Source of the DNA: Paragordius varius
Lineage: Eukaryota; Animalia; Nematomorpha
Direction: 5' to 3'
Assembly (NCBI GenBank): GCA_964247055.1
Contig: OZ176051.1
Span: 5,766,001 to 5,830,000 of the forward strand
Length of the DNA stretch: 64,000 nt
This document shows, in pieces, positions 42,001 to 53,221 of this stretch. A program made the translations under genes and the position numbers. How positions within the stretch are numbered: position 1 is the stretch's first letter; each line of letters starts with the position of its first letter. Under the pieces are notes generated by a model. That model was not told where the DNA came from. It saw only the letters and a list, made by a program, of their open reading frames with translations, and ran no database searches.

Positions 42001-43575
42001 TCCATGAGTATAGTTTATTAGTGCTATTTCTAATATTTAGGTTATAAAATTTAAGAGATTTAAGTTAGCTATTATGTATAAATTATTTTAGGGATGCTAT
42101 ATAGGTTGGAACTTAGCCCATGCAATCGGTAATGTGCCATTAAAACTCAATGAATGGGACGTTGATTTTGCCGTTTGGTGCTCATATAAGGTTTTACATT
42201 TCTTTTATTATATTCATTTTCTAATAGTTTCGATTGAATCTTTTTTTCCTACTATATAAAAATTTGTTTGAAAGAAATTTTTTAAAAAAATTATTTTTAT
42301 TTATCAGTATCTGAACGCAGGCCCTGGAGCCATAGGCGGAATATATGTTAATCCACGTTATAAATACAACGATTTCCCAAAATTTCTTGGCTGGTGGGGA
42401 CACAAATGGTCAACCCGCTTTAATATGGATAATGGTATGCTTATGTTGTTTATAACCATTTAGTTTTTTATTTTGATTTTATAGGAAATATTTATAATTT
42501 GTAGTTTTGGATCCTGAACCAAGTCCAAACATTTATAAAATTAGCAACAGTCCAGTATTCTATGTTAGCACCCTAAAAGCTTCACTAGATGTATGTTCTT
42601 TAACTTATTTAAAAATATTTTAGCCCAAAATTAATAAGGGTTGATGGAATACAAAGTTAATGTTTAATAAGGATGGTCGAATTTTTTTAATGATAATCTA
42701 AGCTACTAATTACTTTAGTTATCATACACTACTTGAAATGTGCATGATTATCGATAGAATGCGTGTTTCATTTTAAATATTTTTTACGATTAACTGTATT
42801 AATATATTAATTTGGGTTCTCTAAATTTAGCGGTTTTTTATAAACAATAACTCAGCAGAAGTAAAATGAGTATAATGAGTTTTGTTAACAAATTTCTTAG
42901 ATATTCAAAAATGCCACCATGGATTTTATTGTTCAAAAATCAACTATTATAACCAGCTATTTAATCACTTTACTTTCGCAATCACCGAAGTCTAAGGTAT
43001 ACACCTATGAAATATTAAATAACAGACTTTGTATAACATAATTACACCAGCGGAACTGAGTGAACGTGGCAATCAAATATCAATTTTACTCTTGCACCCT
43101 GAAACTCATGTCAAAACTATTCACCATTCGTTATTGTCTCAAGGAATATTGGTAGGAAATATTTAATAAATTTATTTAAGACCGAAAATTTTACATATCT
43201 GGATTATGGTGAAAGAGTGAGTCTAAGACTAAAACTGTCATTATAAGTTAAAAAGTTAATATGTTATATAATTTTACGGTTATCATGCTGATTTTATAAT
43301 TATTCCGTTAGTCATTTTATACATTTTCATTAAACTTAAATGCTAGGTTTAAAATTCAAAGTTATTTAATTATCAAAAACAAGATGTTGAAAACTTAATA
43401 TAACGCTTATAAACCAAATAATTTGAAATACTTTTTATATAATTTTAAGGTGGATTACAGAGAACCCAATGTTATCCGAGTTGCTCCTGCCCCACTATAC
43501 AATACCTATAGAGATGTTTACGTATTTGTAAAGAAATTTCATGAAATACTGGACGACATTTTAAAAATACAATAA
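30007..43575 (+). CDS. KYNU: Kynureninase (PLP-dependent), multi-exon
   Basis: Exons: [17 protein letters not shown]; [13 protein letters not shown]; [12 protein letters not shown]; [23 protein letters not shown]; [10 protein letters not shown]; [10 protein letters not shown]...WCSYK|YLNAGPG; GWWGH; [12 protein letters not shown]; [18 protein letters not shown]; TAA at 43573-43575. Confidence 0.96.
31375..36752. mobile_element. Fold-back derivative of a Tc1/IS630-type DDE transposon; left arm interrupted by a hAT
   Basis: 31375-31685 plus 34991-35590 are the inverted copy of ~35800-36752; ORF 35607-35984 has [10 protein letters not shown] and the arms carry a DNAPIHH remnant. Confidence 0.85.
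31686..34982 (-). mobile_element. hAT DNA transposon (Tip100/Zaphod-like termini), decayed transposase
   Basis: TIR TAAGGTGACCAGA / TCTGGTCACCTTA; perfect 8-bp TSD AGTATTGG (31678-31685, 34983-34990); aagcgggac subterminal repeats; BED finger (CLIC...KHMETQKH), TRW motif, C-terminal [13 protein letters not shown]. Confidence 0.95.
38486..40889 (+). mobile_element. Decayed hAT (Charlie/SPIN-like) transposon in a KYNU intron
   Basis: cagtgatactcaaaccgcggcccgcggg start and ggcccg...gtgagtaccact end; fragments [35 protein letters not shown]; no matching TSD found. Confidence 0.8.
40885..41115. mobile_element. Small MITE
   Basis: cactatagttgg ... ccaactatagtg inverted termini with further imperfect pairing. 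Confidence 0.6.
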
Positions 43576-43826
43576 ATGCATACCCACACACCGTACATAT
43601 AATAGAACTATATTTTTATTGTTCTAAAAGAATTCTAATTATTTTTATACATCATACCCTATTATAATGTGTTTTAATTGCAAATTATACCAATAAATAT
43701 ATCTATTACGTCGTTTTTACATATACCTCAATATCTGATTGTTGGTAATTTTTATCACACAATTTTAAATAAAATTACTTAAATTTTTTATCACCCTATA
43801 ATTTTTACCACCATTACATATATTAA

Positions 43827-45069
43827 ATGGGAGAAGTTCAACCATTAGTAGTTGATAATGGCTCGGGTATATGTAAGGCCGGATTTGCGGGTGATGATGC
43901 ACCCCGGGCCGTTTTCCCTTCTATAGTGGGTCGGCCTAAACACAAGGGTGTCATGATGGGTATGGGACAAAAGGATTGTTATGTGGCGGACGAGGCTGAA
44001 GCCAAACGTGGTATCCTTACGTTGAGATACCCGATTGAACATGGCATAGTTACCAATTGGGATGATATGGAAAAAATTTGGCATCATACTTTCTACAATG
44101 AACTGCGTGTCGCACCGGAAGAACACCCGGTTTTGCTTACGGAAGCGCCCCTCAACCCTAAATCTAATCGGGAGAAAATGACGCAAATTATGTTTGAAAC
44201 ATTCAATACCCCGGCATTGTATGTAGGTATTCAGGCTGTGTTGGCCTTGTATGCGTCTGGTCGTACGACAGGTTAGTTGTTGTAGTCACTTGGACTTTGA
44301 GAATAATTAGGCTAATTTTATCAAAACTTTTTTAATTTAATAATCATGATTTAGGATACATAACTTAACGGATTTATTTAATATTATAGGCTTGACATTT
44401 GATTCTGGTGATGGTGTTTCCCACACCGTACCGATTTACGAAGGATATGCCCTACCGCATGCCATTATGCGTATCGATTTAGCTGGGCGAGATTTGACCG
44501 AATATTTGCAGAAAATTTTGACTGAACGTGGTTACTCATTTACTACCACGGCCGAAAGAGAAATTGTGAGAGATATAAAAGAAAAATTATGTTATGTGGC
44601 CCTTGATTTCGAAGAAGAAATGAAATTGGCCGAAACATCGTCTGAAATTGAGAAAAGTTATGAGTTACCCGATGGGCGTATCTTAACAATTGGCAATGAG
44701 CGATTCCGTTGCCCTGAAACATTTTTTAAGCCATACTTTATTGGTATGGAGTCTGGTGCGATACATGAAACGACTTATAATTCCATTATGCGTTGTGATA
44801 TGGATATCAGGAAAGACCTGTACAATAACATTGTATTTTCTGGCGGTTCGACTATGTACCCCGGTCTTAAGGAACGTTTAGAAAAAGAATTACGAGCTCT
44901 AGCTCCTCCCACCATGACTATTTCGGTTTTAGCTCCACCCGAAAGGAAATTTTTGGTATGGATTGGCGGTTCAATTTTGGCTTCACTTTCGACCTTTCAA
45001 TCTATGTGGATCAACAAGGAAGAATATGATGAAGTTGGACCATCCATTGTTCATAGAAAATGCTTTTAA
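43827..45069 (+). CDS. ACT: Divergent actin, 374 aa, one intron (44272-44389)
   Basis: Exons 43827-44271 and 44390-45069 join as [12 protein letters not shown]; full actin from DNGSG to SIVHRKCF. Confidence 0.98.
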
Positions 45070-48000
45070 GCACCTTATACTTATGTATTACATTTTAATG
45101 CTTTTTTTCAATGTCCAAAACCGAAATATCTACGGATGTATTACATAGCAAAATAAATTAATGTTCTTTATTATAATATGAAAATATATAAATATGCAAT
45201 AAAATCATTCAATAAATGGTATTTTACACATAGTAAAACATGGTATTGAAAACATAAAGCAATTTAAAACAAGGTTAAAAACGACAAATTTTCATTTAAA
45301 ATAAATGTAGTTTTTCCAAAAAAGATTTGATTGGCTGAAATGTCTTATGTCGATAAGATTAGAGCCGCCATTTTTGTGGCTCAATAACTTAAAACTTAAA
45401 AAGAAGGAGCAATATATTCACCTAAGCGAGTCACAAAAGCTCATTCAGATGGCCCTAAAGTGTTGTAAACGGAATTAATTTGATGTATCTGCTTTTCTAA
45501 TAGCTTTGAATGGAGTTTAAATATTTCAATGGTTTATACTCACCTATGTTTTCCCGCAATTGATGTGTTTTGCCTTATTTTACTTAAATTTTACAATCTA
45601 TATCTAATCAAAACCTTCCCATTCAGAGTAAAACTAAGCCTTATCAAAGGTATTTGTATTTGGTAAAAATTGTTTGAGGAATCTAAGAATAAAATTCTGG
45701 GATCTATTTATTATGGATATAATTTATCAGCATATATGTGAAAAGTGCATAAAAAATCAACCAATTATTCTTACTGGCATAGCTTAAAAACCTGAAAATA
45801 AATGTTCATACCTTTTAATAAAATATAGACCCTTATATGTAAAATTGATAAATAAAGTAATTCATCTTTACCACGCTGATCAACAACATTATTAATTAGT
45901 TAACTCACACCGATCATCATGTACTCCGATTATTGAATATGGTCAAAAAGTAATAATCAGTGTTTCTTTCCAGAACTTCCTTTATATTTTGAGGGTTAGC
46001 TCTCATACAAAAGATAAATTTTTAGATTTAATTATTTTTTAAATAATTTATTTTATTAGCTCTTTCATGTGTATCTGTGTGTCTATAGGTTAGTTATTTG
46101 CGCATAGGTCTATTAAAGTATTCACGTGTTATCCGAAAAACTCTAAAAAAATATTTTTGGATACTTAGTATTTTTGCGGAAAACGATAAGTTTATAAATG
46201 ATGGGACGAAATTAGGGGCAACAAAAAAAGTGCCTCGACTACTCTCGGCGCAATTGATGTATTTAAATGGACCTACATGATTTTCGGAATATTTCCTTTA
46301 AGTTAAAATTTAACATTATAAATATGATGAGTGGTCATGACGAATGGATCATGAAAAGGACGATATTTATAGGATTTAACGCATTATAGACCAATATGAC
46401 TCATATTTTGCAACTCAATGGTGATTTAAAAAAATTTCGACTATGTTTGGAGCCTTTATAATTGAACGCTAAAAATTGTCTAAAAGTCACAATTTTTAAA
46501 AATCTCCTATTTTTGCTAGGTGGACGAAACACTGGCTAATTTAATTATATTGCATGACTATGCTAGTAAATTTAATAAATGCCATAAAAGTCCAATTTAT
46601 TCAGTAATGACATACTTATTCGGGAATAATTGTCTAAAACAGAAATTTAATTAAAAAGGTATTTTATTTTTTTTAAAAAAAGGCCTTTATGCGGATTAAA
46701 ATTGATGTATGGGGTTAACCCACTCTACCTTGCACAGTTTACTCATTTTTGCTATGATAAACTGCATATTCCGCCATAGTACCCTTTTTATGGCATCTTC
46801 TGGTTTGTAAAATATATTAACTTTAGTTTAACTGTTTCTGATTAATAAATTTTGGGACGATCCTTCCACACTTTCTTTCAACGATATAATCTATGTTTTT
46901 GTATCTAAAGTTATTTTCTCGTTTTTATGAGTGCCAAATAAGCACAATTAAGACCTAATGCCCCGCGATTTGTGGTTCAGGTCCGTTCGCAAAATGCACA
47001 TATAGCCGGCCGAGCAAACAGTAAATTTGGTGGTAAAAAACATATAATTTGGAAATGATATTTTTAAACAATAATAGAAGACTTGCGATTTTTTTAATTG
47101 GGACATAATTTCTCTATGATTTAAATTATGGCAATCCCGTATGGGTTATCAAAGAGACTCCTTAATGAAATTTTTGTCATAATCCTATGAAAAAGGAATG
47201 GAATTGCGTCGTTGATACACTAAATTTCGAACATGGAAATACCTTATCAAAATTGATAAAATTACTAGTTTTGCAGTAGATAGGTATAATCTATTATACA
47301 CTGTTATTTACATATACTAATATCAATCCTACGGATTGGCGTTTATATATTAAACATTGATGGCGTTTATAGCTGTTTTTTATAATCTGCTAGTAGTATA
47401 TCTTACTATTATATTCTGAATTCCTATGATAAAACATGATATCAAACTGGTTCATAAAATTCAATGGTAAAAACTTTTTTAATTAGAAGCTAATACTTTT
47501 AATCGATCTTTGATAATTATTATAATGGTGACGTTAATGCCTCTTTGCTCAAAATAAATCAGAATATCTAGAGCAGTTAATAATTAAATTATCAAGATTT
47601 TTTAAAAAGGCATTTTGGTTTTTTGATTGTTCGATTATAAAAATTTGTTTAAATTGAATAAAATAGCCATCATTAACTATTATTAAATTGATACATAATA
47701 CGAAAAAATGTTTTAAGGTCTTAACATTTACAACCACTATTAATGATAATAATATAACTTTTTATAACAGATTACTAATGTTAAAAAATTATATTTTTTT
47801 AAGAGATATTATTTGAGACTTGCGCAATGGTGCCATTCGACAGGGAGCGGGGTAAAAATCACACAATCTAAACAAGGAACGACAATAATATGTCGAAATA
47901 TATTCGTAAGAAAATTGGATTTAAAAGATCCTTTTCCAAAAAATAGCATTATACATGGCGTTTATGTCCCAAATAAAATAGTTATAACCTTAGAGGTGAA

Positions 48001-48322
48001 CATGACATTTTTAGTTGTGAATTTTTATCATACTTGCCGCCAATATTTTGTAAATTTTTCAAAAAATAAAACTTTACAATATAATTTGGGTAAAATTGTT
48101 TGATGTCAAAATACTTTTGTTAATATTCAATCAACTTTTTATTATTTTGAAATCAGCTGTTGTCTGTGTTACCTCTATATTATAAACTCTGGAATTCATA
48201 TTAATATTAAATTTTTTAATTTGTAATTAATATATTTTATAATATAAATTTTGAAAAAATATTTTATAATAATACTTTACAAAATATGTGGGACAAAACA
48301 TATTAATATGTAACCGTTTTAA

Positions 48323-48830
48323 CACTTCGATGTAAATTGGCCTAAATACCCCAGACTAAATTAAATTGACATTTTTAAAAAACTGATGGAAACGGTCCCA
48401 ATTTAAATTTATGATTCTATCTTTATTATATAAAAAAGCCAAAATATTTAATAAATTATGTTTTGAAATAAAGTTTCATGTCAAACTACTTCGACGCCAT
48501 TTACAAAATTTTTGCAAAAATCAAAGCTAATTTTTTATTTATATTATATTTAACATTGATATAGAAAAAGTGGTGTATGTTGTATTATTTTTTAGTTGGC
48601 CAATTCACATATATTACATTGACTAAATTTTATCTTTGCGTTTTACATTAAAATAAGTAATATAAATTATTTTTGAATAAAACTTTTTATATATTTTGAT
48701 TTATGTTATATGAGTTCAAAATTTTGCCATGGTTATAATTTTTTTAATTATTTAGTTTAAAACAGGCGTGGGGTATCCAACTAACCCAATTCGAATCGAA
48801 GGACTGAAATGAATATGTTCTAACCAAGTG
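48323..48830. mobile_element. piggyBac-like MITE flanked by TTAA
   Basis: TTAA|CACTT ... AAGTG|TTAA; inverted homolog of 3137-3715. Confidence 0.7.
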
Positions 48831-48909
48831 TTAAATGTAAAAAATTCAGACCTAACCAAGTTATAGCATATGTTTAATTTAAACATGAGTTTTTAAAATA
48901 AGCCAGGCA

Positions 48910-51900
48910 ATGGATAATTCCCAAAAAATTACAGTAGCGATTATTGCATCTTCAGCATGCGCCGCGGCACTTGCAACTTTTTATTTTTTGACCAAAATTA
49001 AGGAAAAGGATGAACAAATTTCCAGATTACAAATTGAAATTAATGATCTAACCCGGAAGATACATGGTAACCTGATAATAAAGTAAATAAAAAATTTATT
49101 AATAGTAATCTTGAATCAAACGGAAAGCTTCCAACACCTAAGCTCCGTAGGGGAGTTAGATTTTCTGGATCGGAACCTCGTTTGAATGGATTAAGACGCA
49201 ACTCGTTGAGAAAGTCTTCTGAATGTCTTGCCGATGATATGACAAGTATTTATTCGGAAACTACAAGCATTGATGATGAGTTTTATGATACCATAGAAGA
49301 GTATAATTTTTTTACTAAATTATTTAACCTTAAAATATAATGCAATTTAAACATTAAACCCCATAGGTTAACAAAAGCAGATTCTTGTCAAATAATTATA
49401 GATGATGTCAAACATTTGGAATTTAAAGGCGATGACTATTATATTGAAGCCTATAACTTATTATCACAATATGAATTTACAGTAATTTGATTACATAATG
49501 ATAGGTTCCAGAATACATATGTATGAAAGCTAAGTTTAGTCGATATAGAGCCAGAATGGAAGAAGAAAACAATAATATGGATGGTGCTAAACATTATTAT
49601 GTTGAAGGTTTTTTTCCAATTTTTGCAATATGTTGCTAACCATTTTCATTGTTTCACTAGTTTTTAATTGTAGTAAGGCATTAAGTTCCACATCTATGCA
49701 TTATTCATTAATCATCTTTCATATCATATATTAAGTCAACGTTTTTTATAATTTTTTTTCCTGTTTTATAGCTCATAATCATGCCAAACATGCCGAACAA
49801 ATTGATCCCATCAACCATGAAGTTCAAAAATGGTATACTTTTTGGCATATATTTTTTATCAAAAGCACCATAAAAAAATTTTGACACTAAATATACTTTA
49901 ACTATTTTTGATATCATTTAATTGTTACCTTAAAACACTGTAATTTGGATTATTTCTTATAGCGAAACGAATTGGGTATAAATTGTTATTAAAGTGTGAG
50001 TACAGTTTTTTATTGATTAATGCTAGATAGCATTTACAGCAAAGAGCAATATAATCCACTCTATGGTGCATCTAAAAATTTATCTATAGCTATTAGAAAT
50101 TCTTTTTTTATGGTAAACTATAGTAAAAGCTATCTGGCAATATTTAATTTAAAAACTATATGTTTACCATTACCCACACTTGTTTACAGTTAAAATTTAA
50201 ACCATACAAATTAAACTTGAATTCAACAATACTTTTTTAAAAATCAACATTACTATTATTCTGAATTATATAATTGGGTGTATTAACAACATGCACATTA
50301 TTTTTCAAAACTCGTTGGTTACATTTTTAAACAAGATTGAAAAAGTATGGTTGCCCTTTTCAAAAACAATAATTCTCTTCTAGCATTTACGTTTTGTCTG
50401 TATAATATCATTTTTTTCAACTTTTATAATTTTTGTAAAATAGGTTAGCAATTACACTTAGCGATGTGTCGGAATATGGTGACCACATCAGTCTATCCGA
50501 TCGCGTTCATAATGCCCTTAAAATTAAGGCTTATGCTGAGGCCTGTCTCATATCTGATCCATTTGATCCCCTAGTCCATTATTTATTGGGTCGATGGCAT
50601 TTTAAAGTACTTTAAATTATAAAATTATGAAATAAATGGAAATAAATTTAAAATTTGTAATGGAAAAGTTTTGGGATTTTATTAATTTTAATATACGATA
50701 ATAATTAACCGAAAAATTGAAATCATATTAATATAATGTATATTGTGGTTTATTCAAGTAAAGTAAAAAAATATAATTTGTGTTAAATTCACCATTATTA
50801 TAAAGATATTATTATATTAAATTATTTTAATGTTGGTATATATCTTCTTTCACTTATATAAAACAACGATTTTTGGTTTAAACGCTTTTTCTTTAGCTAA
50901 TTTTATATTAATCCCATATGTAGATAGCATCCCTTAATTGGTATGAATTAAGGACTGCCCGTGCTTTTTGTTCAGACTTCCCAAAATCAACCTATGAAAA
51001 GGCCATGGAACATTTTAGAGAGGTTAAAAAATAAATATACAATATGAAAATTAATTTTTAATATTTTTGAATGTTTTTGTTAAATAAATGACAAAAGGAT
51101 TGAATAACATTGAATAGTTTTTATGTAATCCATATTTTGTGTCCCATACCCATATTTTTATTTAATGTTATGTATATTATTATTATACAGGCTGAACGTA
51201 TACAACCAAACTATTTCATTGGCAATATGTTGTATATTGCTAAGGTTTGCATAATTCCTTTTTTTCTATCTTTTGCCTTTTTTTGTGCATATGCACGAGA
51301 TAAAAATTATATTTTGTAATTTTAAAATAATATACTTTTTAGTGTTACATTGCGCTCAAGGATGAGAAATCACGCGCTTTACATTGGCTTAAGAAAGCAC
51401 TTGATCTCCGAACACGAAATGCTGATGTATATATTTTATTTAAATATAAAAATGTTTACAAATGTAATTTTGCTGTTACTAAAATCATATAAAAAGTGGA
51501 TATTTTAAAAGCCGAAACATTGGTTTTTTAGACACTGTTAAGAAACCAAAAAGGGTAATGTGAGTAAAGTTGTTAAAATTTTTTCAATGCGATATTAACC
51601 TTATTTTTTTACAAATAATTTTTAATATTTCATATTAATAATCTATTTTGGATTTTTAGGGAAAAAAATTATGTTAAATTTGTAAGCTCTTTACATTAAT
51701 CCTGCAAAATTAAAACCTTTTAAAATGTGAAACCGAAGTCATTAAAAAACGATATAACTGAAATTAAAGTTATTTTTCATGTAATCCGTTCTCCCTGGTA
51801 ATTTTTACTAAATAATCATATCATTTATATATTTTTTAAATTATACCTTTTTTAAGAATATTTATTTTAAACTTTCTGGGACAGGAAATAAAATTAGTTG

Positions 51901-52174
51901 CAAATCATAACTTTTATATAAATAAATGTAAATTTATATATAATAAATGGAAAAAACTTGTTTAGTCGTTAAAGTCCAAAAAATCTCGTTCAAGAGTCGC
52001 TTATTTTATATTTACTTTAATAAATTGTTTTTTAAAAAAATACATATTAAGATCAATAATCACCTTACTTGTTGTGCTTAAAAATAATTTTATATATAGG
52101 ATCGAAAAGCCATGGCTGAAGTACGAGATATCCTGGTGAAAGAATTTAAATATGATTTTAATTCACAAACTTAA
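48910..52174 (+). CDS. RMDN: Regulator of microtubule dynamics family (RMDN2/RMDN3/PTPIP51-like)
   Basis: N-terminal hydrophobic segment, coiled coil, acidic EFYDTIE, then TPR-like exons: HAEQIDPINHEVQKW-LAITLSDV; DPLVHYLLGRWHFK; LNWYELRTARAF...STYEKAMEHFREAERIQPNYFIGNMLYIAKCY; ends DRKAMAEVRDIL...QT*. Confidence 0.85.
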
Positions 52175-53038
52175 CATTGACTTTTTTTGTAAAAGAATAT
52201 TAAATCAAATTTATTGTTATTTCTGTTATTTATTTTTTAAAACAATTATTGTGTATCCCTTATGCGCACATACAAATTATATCATTGTGATACATGACCT
52301 AAATTATTTTTATCTTATAATTCAAATAAAATACAATTTTTTATTTTATCTGGTAATTTGTTACCAAAAAAATGTCATAATATTTTATATTGTGCAATGT
52401 AAAACTATACCGATTAATATACAATCTTGCACGCTATTACCTTTTGGAGTAGTTTTATATCCTACAGCGATTTGAATCTGAATATCTCAAAAAGTATTTA
52501 AGGTTATAAGTTTAATTTAAAATTATGTTTTTTTGTTTTAGACGCATTTACAAAAATTTTTATAAAAAAATTAGAAAAGATTCTCATTTAAAACTTTTGC
52601 CATTTTTTTCTATATTTTTAAATCGCCAATGCAACAGGCATAAAATGTATATTACAGTTAAATGTAAATAATCAATATTAAATGACTTTCAGGCTACATT
52701 TACCAGCAAAAACTTGATATATTTTTATTTTAATCAGCTGATCGTTTCAATTGTTTGGTGTCCCAATATTAGACTCTAGAAGTCACAAAACTGTAAAAAA
52801 TATAAGTTTTATCTAATACATGAGAACAATGTTTGCATATTAAATTTCTAAAATAAGTTTCAAAACTGTTTATTTACAATTGAGCTCTTAGAAAAGAGTA
52901 AGATGAAGTGTTAAAGATAATGGTTGCGGTTGTTTACAAAATTAAATCATTTAACCAAAATTAATTTTTGCAAAAAATCAAATTTTTCAAAACTTTTGTC
53001 AGTTTTTGTTCAAAAGCTAAATTTTATATGGCCTAGAG

Positions 53039-53221
53039 CAGGGGCGGCCCGCGAAAATTTGGTATATGCAATAAACTCACAAAACCTCAGTAAAATACTT
53101 CTCAAACAATGTTTTTTGAATTTAACCCATTGGCAAGAATCGAAAAAAATTGATGAATGCCCCCCCCCCCTATATATTTAGAATGCCTCGAAGATGCGAC
53201 CATTTGTGTTGAACACCCCTG
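53039..53221. mobile_element. hAT MITE, internally deleted
   Basis: cagggg ... cccctg with similar 8-bp flanks gcctagag/acctaaag. Confidence 0.6.

Noticed and set aside
43845-44186. Antisense ORF over actin
   Set aside because: Shadow frame of a conserved CDS; no recognisable motif.
49708-49917. Nested antisense small membrane-protein gene
   Set aside because: Overlaps the real plus-strand RMDN exon (HNHAKHAEQIDPINHEVQKW); no phase-compatible minus-strand exon chain found.
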